32,000 bases of DNA, taken from the NCBI RefSeq assembly GCF_016806735.1, contig NZ_CP060530.1:120001-152000 (forward strand), read 5' to 3'. Position numbers and translations under genes: made by a program. Under the pieces are notes generated by a model that was given only the letters and a program-made list of their open reading frames with translations, was not told the origin of the DNA and made no database searches. Below are positions 30,208 to 32,000 of this stretch, in pieces; the stretch's first letter is position 1, and the number at the start of each line of letters is the position of its first letter. Source of the DNA: Candidatus Micrarchaeum sp. Lineage in GTDB: Archaea; Micrarchaeota; Micrarchaeia; Micrarchaeales; Micrarchaeaceae.

Positions 30208-31974
30208 ATGCTTACATTGTTGGTTATATTCCCGCTTCTGGCCGCATCGTTCCTGGCCCTGCTTACCTACGGCAAGGAAAAATACACAGGCCCGATAGTG
30301 CTTGCGGGAAGCCTGATAACTTCACTGCTGATAGCATATGCATCATTTAGCTCTTACGGCAAAATCCAAGAGCTCGGCTGGTTCGGCATATCCGGATATA
30401 CTTTCCATATAACTACGCAACTGCTCCCGCTTAACATCATACTTGCGATGCTTATCGGAATCATAACCCCTCTGATAATGCTTTATTCAATGGGCTATAT
30501 TGACTCAAAGATGGAAAGGCCTAGATTCTTCTTCGAGATGGGCATCTTCGCTTCTGCCATGCTGCTTTTTGCAATATCCGGAAACTTCATAACGATGTTC
30601 ATAGCCTGGGAGATGCTGGGAATAACGAGTTATCTGCTCATAGGCTTCTGGTACCACAAGGAGCATGCGCCATATGCTGCAAGAAAATCTATATCGACCA
30701 TAATAATAGGGGACTTCTCCATGCTGGCGGCAATGCTTATAATATGGTCGTCCTATCACACGTTCAGCTTTTCCGCAATACTCGCTGCCCCCTCTACGGT
30801 GTATCTGCCGATAGCAATGATTCTTGTGCTCGTAGCGTGCTTTACCAAATCTGCCCAGTTCCCGTTTCACGAGTGGCTTGCCGACGCCATGGAAGGCCCG
30901 ACTCCGGTTTCTGCTTTTCTCCATTCTTCAACAATGGTAAAAGCCGGGGTATTTCTGGTTCTTGTGCTCTCTCCTCTTTTCTTCAAGGCCGGCCTGTCTG
31001 AACTGATACTTTCAATAGGCATAATATCAGTGATTCTCGGAGCCTCAAACGCCATATCATCACATCACGTAAAAAAAATACTCGCGTATTCTACAATAGA
31101 GGACCTAGGTTTGATGTTCGTAGCCATAGGCCTACATGCGATAATAGCTGCAGTGCTGTTCTTCATAGTGCAGGCGTTTTACAAAGCCGTACTCTTCATG
31201 TCTGCAGGCTCGATAATGAGGGCGAACAATGAAGAGGAGGATATATACAAGCTGTACGGCTCATCAAGCAGGAAGTCGCTTTATGTGCCTATGCTGATAG
31301 GCGTGGTTTCCATAGCTGGCATATTTCCTCTAAGCGGATTCTTCGGAAAAGCAGCCATAGACACTGCGGCTTCTTCGAACATTTTCGCGTACGCAATACT
31401 GGTAATAATAGATTTTGCAACAAGCGCCTACATATTCAGGTGGATGTTCATACACTCGCGCAAGAATTCAAAGGCTCATCAAAGCAATTACGCGCAGATA
31501 CCGCGCAGCATGATATACGCTGGTGCGATAACATCTGCGCTTGTAATACTTGCCGCGGTTATTTTCTTCTACATAAGCGGTTTTCTTTCCTATTACGGGT
31601 ACAGTGCAAGTCTTTCGATAAGCCTGCTGGATTCGATAATCGAAACTGTGGCTGTAGCGTTGGGCATAGCCCTATCTTACAAGCTTTTCATCCTTGCAAA
31701 ACCTACAGGGGAGATAAAAACGCGCTTGTATTACGCCCTTTTCAACAGCGTGCTGGTAAATGCAGCATATGCATACATTGCCAATGCGATAATGTATTTT
31801 GCAGAGGGCATTAACGTGCTGGATGAGCTCATATACGGATTCTTCGCCTCCGGAGGCGAAGGCATGGTGGCCATATCAAATAAGCTAAGACTGATAGTAA
31901 CAGGAGATACAAACAATTATCTGATAGCCTTCGTGGCTGGCATAATACTCATAATATTGCTTTTGCTGGTGTAA
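30208..31974 (+). CDS. nuoL: NADH-quinone oxidoreductase subunit L (Mrp-antiporter-like)
   Basis: 588 aa. FIAWEMLGITSYLLIGFWY, KSAQFPFHEWLADAMEGPTPVSAFLHSSTMVKAG and KKILAYSTIEDLG are NuoL/ND5 signatures. Confidence 0.9.
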   Translation: MLTLLVIFPLLAASFLALLTYGKEKYTGPIVLAGSLITSLLIAYASFSSYGKIQELGWFGISGYTFHITTQLLPLNIILAMLIGIITPLIMLYSMGYIDSKMERPRFFFEMGIFASAMLLFAISGNFITMFIAWEMLGITSYLLIGFWYHKEHAPYAARKSISTIIIGDFSMLAAMLIIWSSYHTFSFSAILAAPSTVYLPIAMILVLVACFTKSAQFPFHEWLADAMEGPTPVSAFLHSSTMVKAGVFLVLVLSPLFFKAGLSELILSIGIISVILGASNAISSHHVKKILAYSTIEDLGLMFVAIGLHAIIAAVLFFIVQAFYKAVLFMSAGSIMRANNEEEDIYKLYGSSSRKSLYVPMLIGVVSIAGIFPLSGFFGKAAIDTAASSNIFAYAILVIIDFATSAYIFRWMFIHSRKNSKAHQSNYAQIPRSMIYAGAITSALVILAAVIFFYISGFLSYYGYSASLSISLLDSIIETVAVALGIALSYKLFILAKPTGEIKTRLYYALFNSVLVNAAYAYIANAIMYFAEGINVLDELIYGFFASGGEGMVAISNKLRLIVTGDTNNYLIAFVAGIILIILLLLV

Positions 31975-31976
31975 CC

Positions 31977-32000
31977 GTGCTCCCAATAATTTTCTTGATG
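31977..32000 (+). CDS. nuoM: probable start of nuoM (only 8 codons in window)
   Basis: A GTG 2 nt after the nuoL stop opens VLPIIFLM, a hydrophobic N-terminus in the expected operon position. The fragment is too short to verify. Confidence 0.3.

Noticed and set aside
1-32000. CRISPR arrays, transposases, integrases, toxin-antitoxin pairs and known defence-system genes.
   Set aside because: I saw no regularly spaced direct repeats. No ORF has DDE, tyrosine-recombinase or serine-recombinase signatures, and none has nuclease or ATPase signatures of the kind found in defence systems. The RHH gene is followed by cysD and not by a toxin gene.

Overview
This is a compact archaeal chromosomal segment with about 40 protein-coding genes. 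Convergent stop codons lie 0-8 nt apart and operon junctions are tight. Promoters are AT-rich TATA type, ribosome-binding sites are GGTG type, several starts are TTG or GTG, and terminators are oligo-T.

Archaeal hallmarks are PCNA, RNase P protein Rpp21/Rnp4, Taw1, an archaeal-type ThrRS editing domain, a GGPP synthase with aromatic residue at -5 of the first DDxxD, and a class III (prepilin-like) signal peptide.

Gene content from left to right:
- carA-carB (minus strand)
- Yip1-like membrane protein
- atypical CDP-alcohol phosphatidyltransferase
- minus-strand operon RHH-cysD-cysN-tandem Lrp/AsnC
- orphan ~600-aa multi-winged-helix protein
- Thr/Pro-stalked surface protein
- GGPP synthase
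- prs plus an ABC-2 exporter
- plus-strand run PCNA, MscS, free-standing ThrRS editing domain, Cys-less DJ-1/PfpI, Rnp4, AIM24
- taw1
- DUF1059, HIT and helical-protein cluster
- two sequon-dense envelope proteins
- 2TM/RCK K+ channel
- very large pilin-like protein
- acylphosphatase
- winged-helix regulator
- membrane-arm genes of complex I (nuoH-I-J-K-L and the first codons of nuoM)

By eye I found no rRNA, tRNA, CRISPR array, transposase, integrase or recognisable defence island. My lineage guess, at low confidence, is a small-genome acidophile-type archaeon (Thermoplasmata-like or DPANN/Micrarchaeota-like).

The most interesting observation is that a ribbon-helix-helix regulator ends in a 26/27-nt copy of the CysD C-terminal tail (KLRALGYM-stop), inside an operon that also carries a fused double Lrp/AsnC protein.

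Other points worth a second look:
- the free-standing ThrRS editing domain
- single palindromic TATA elements shared by divergent genes at two loci
- a pilin-type Cys-loop module recurring in three envelope proteins
- a CDP-alcohol transferase whose catalytic motif is split by a 39-residue insert
- a nuo cluster that starts at nuoH
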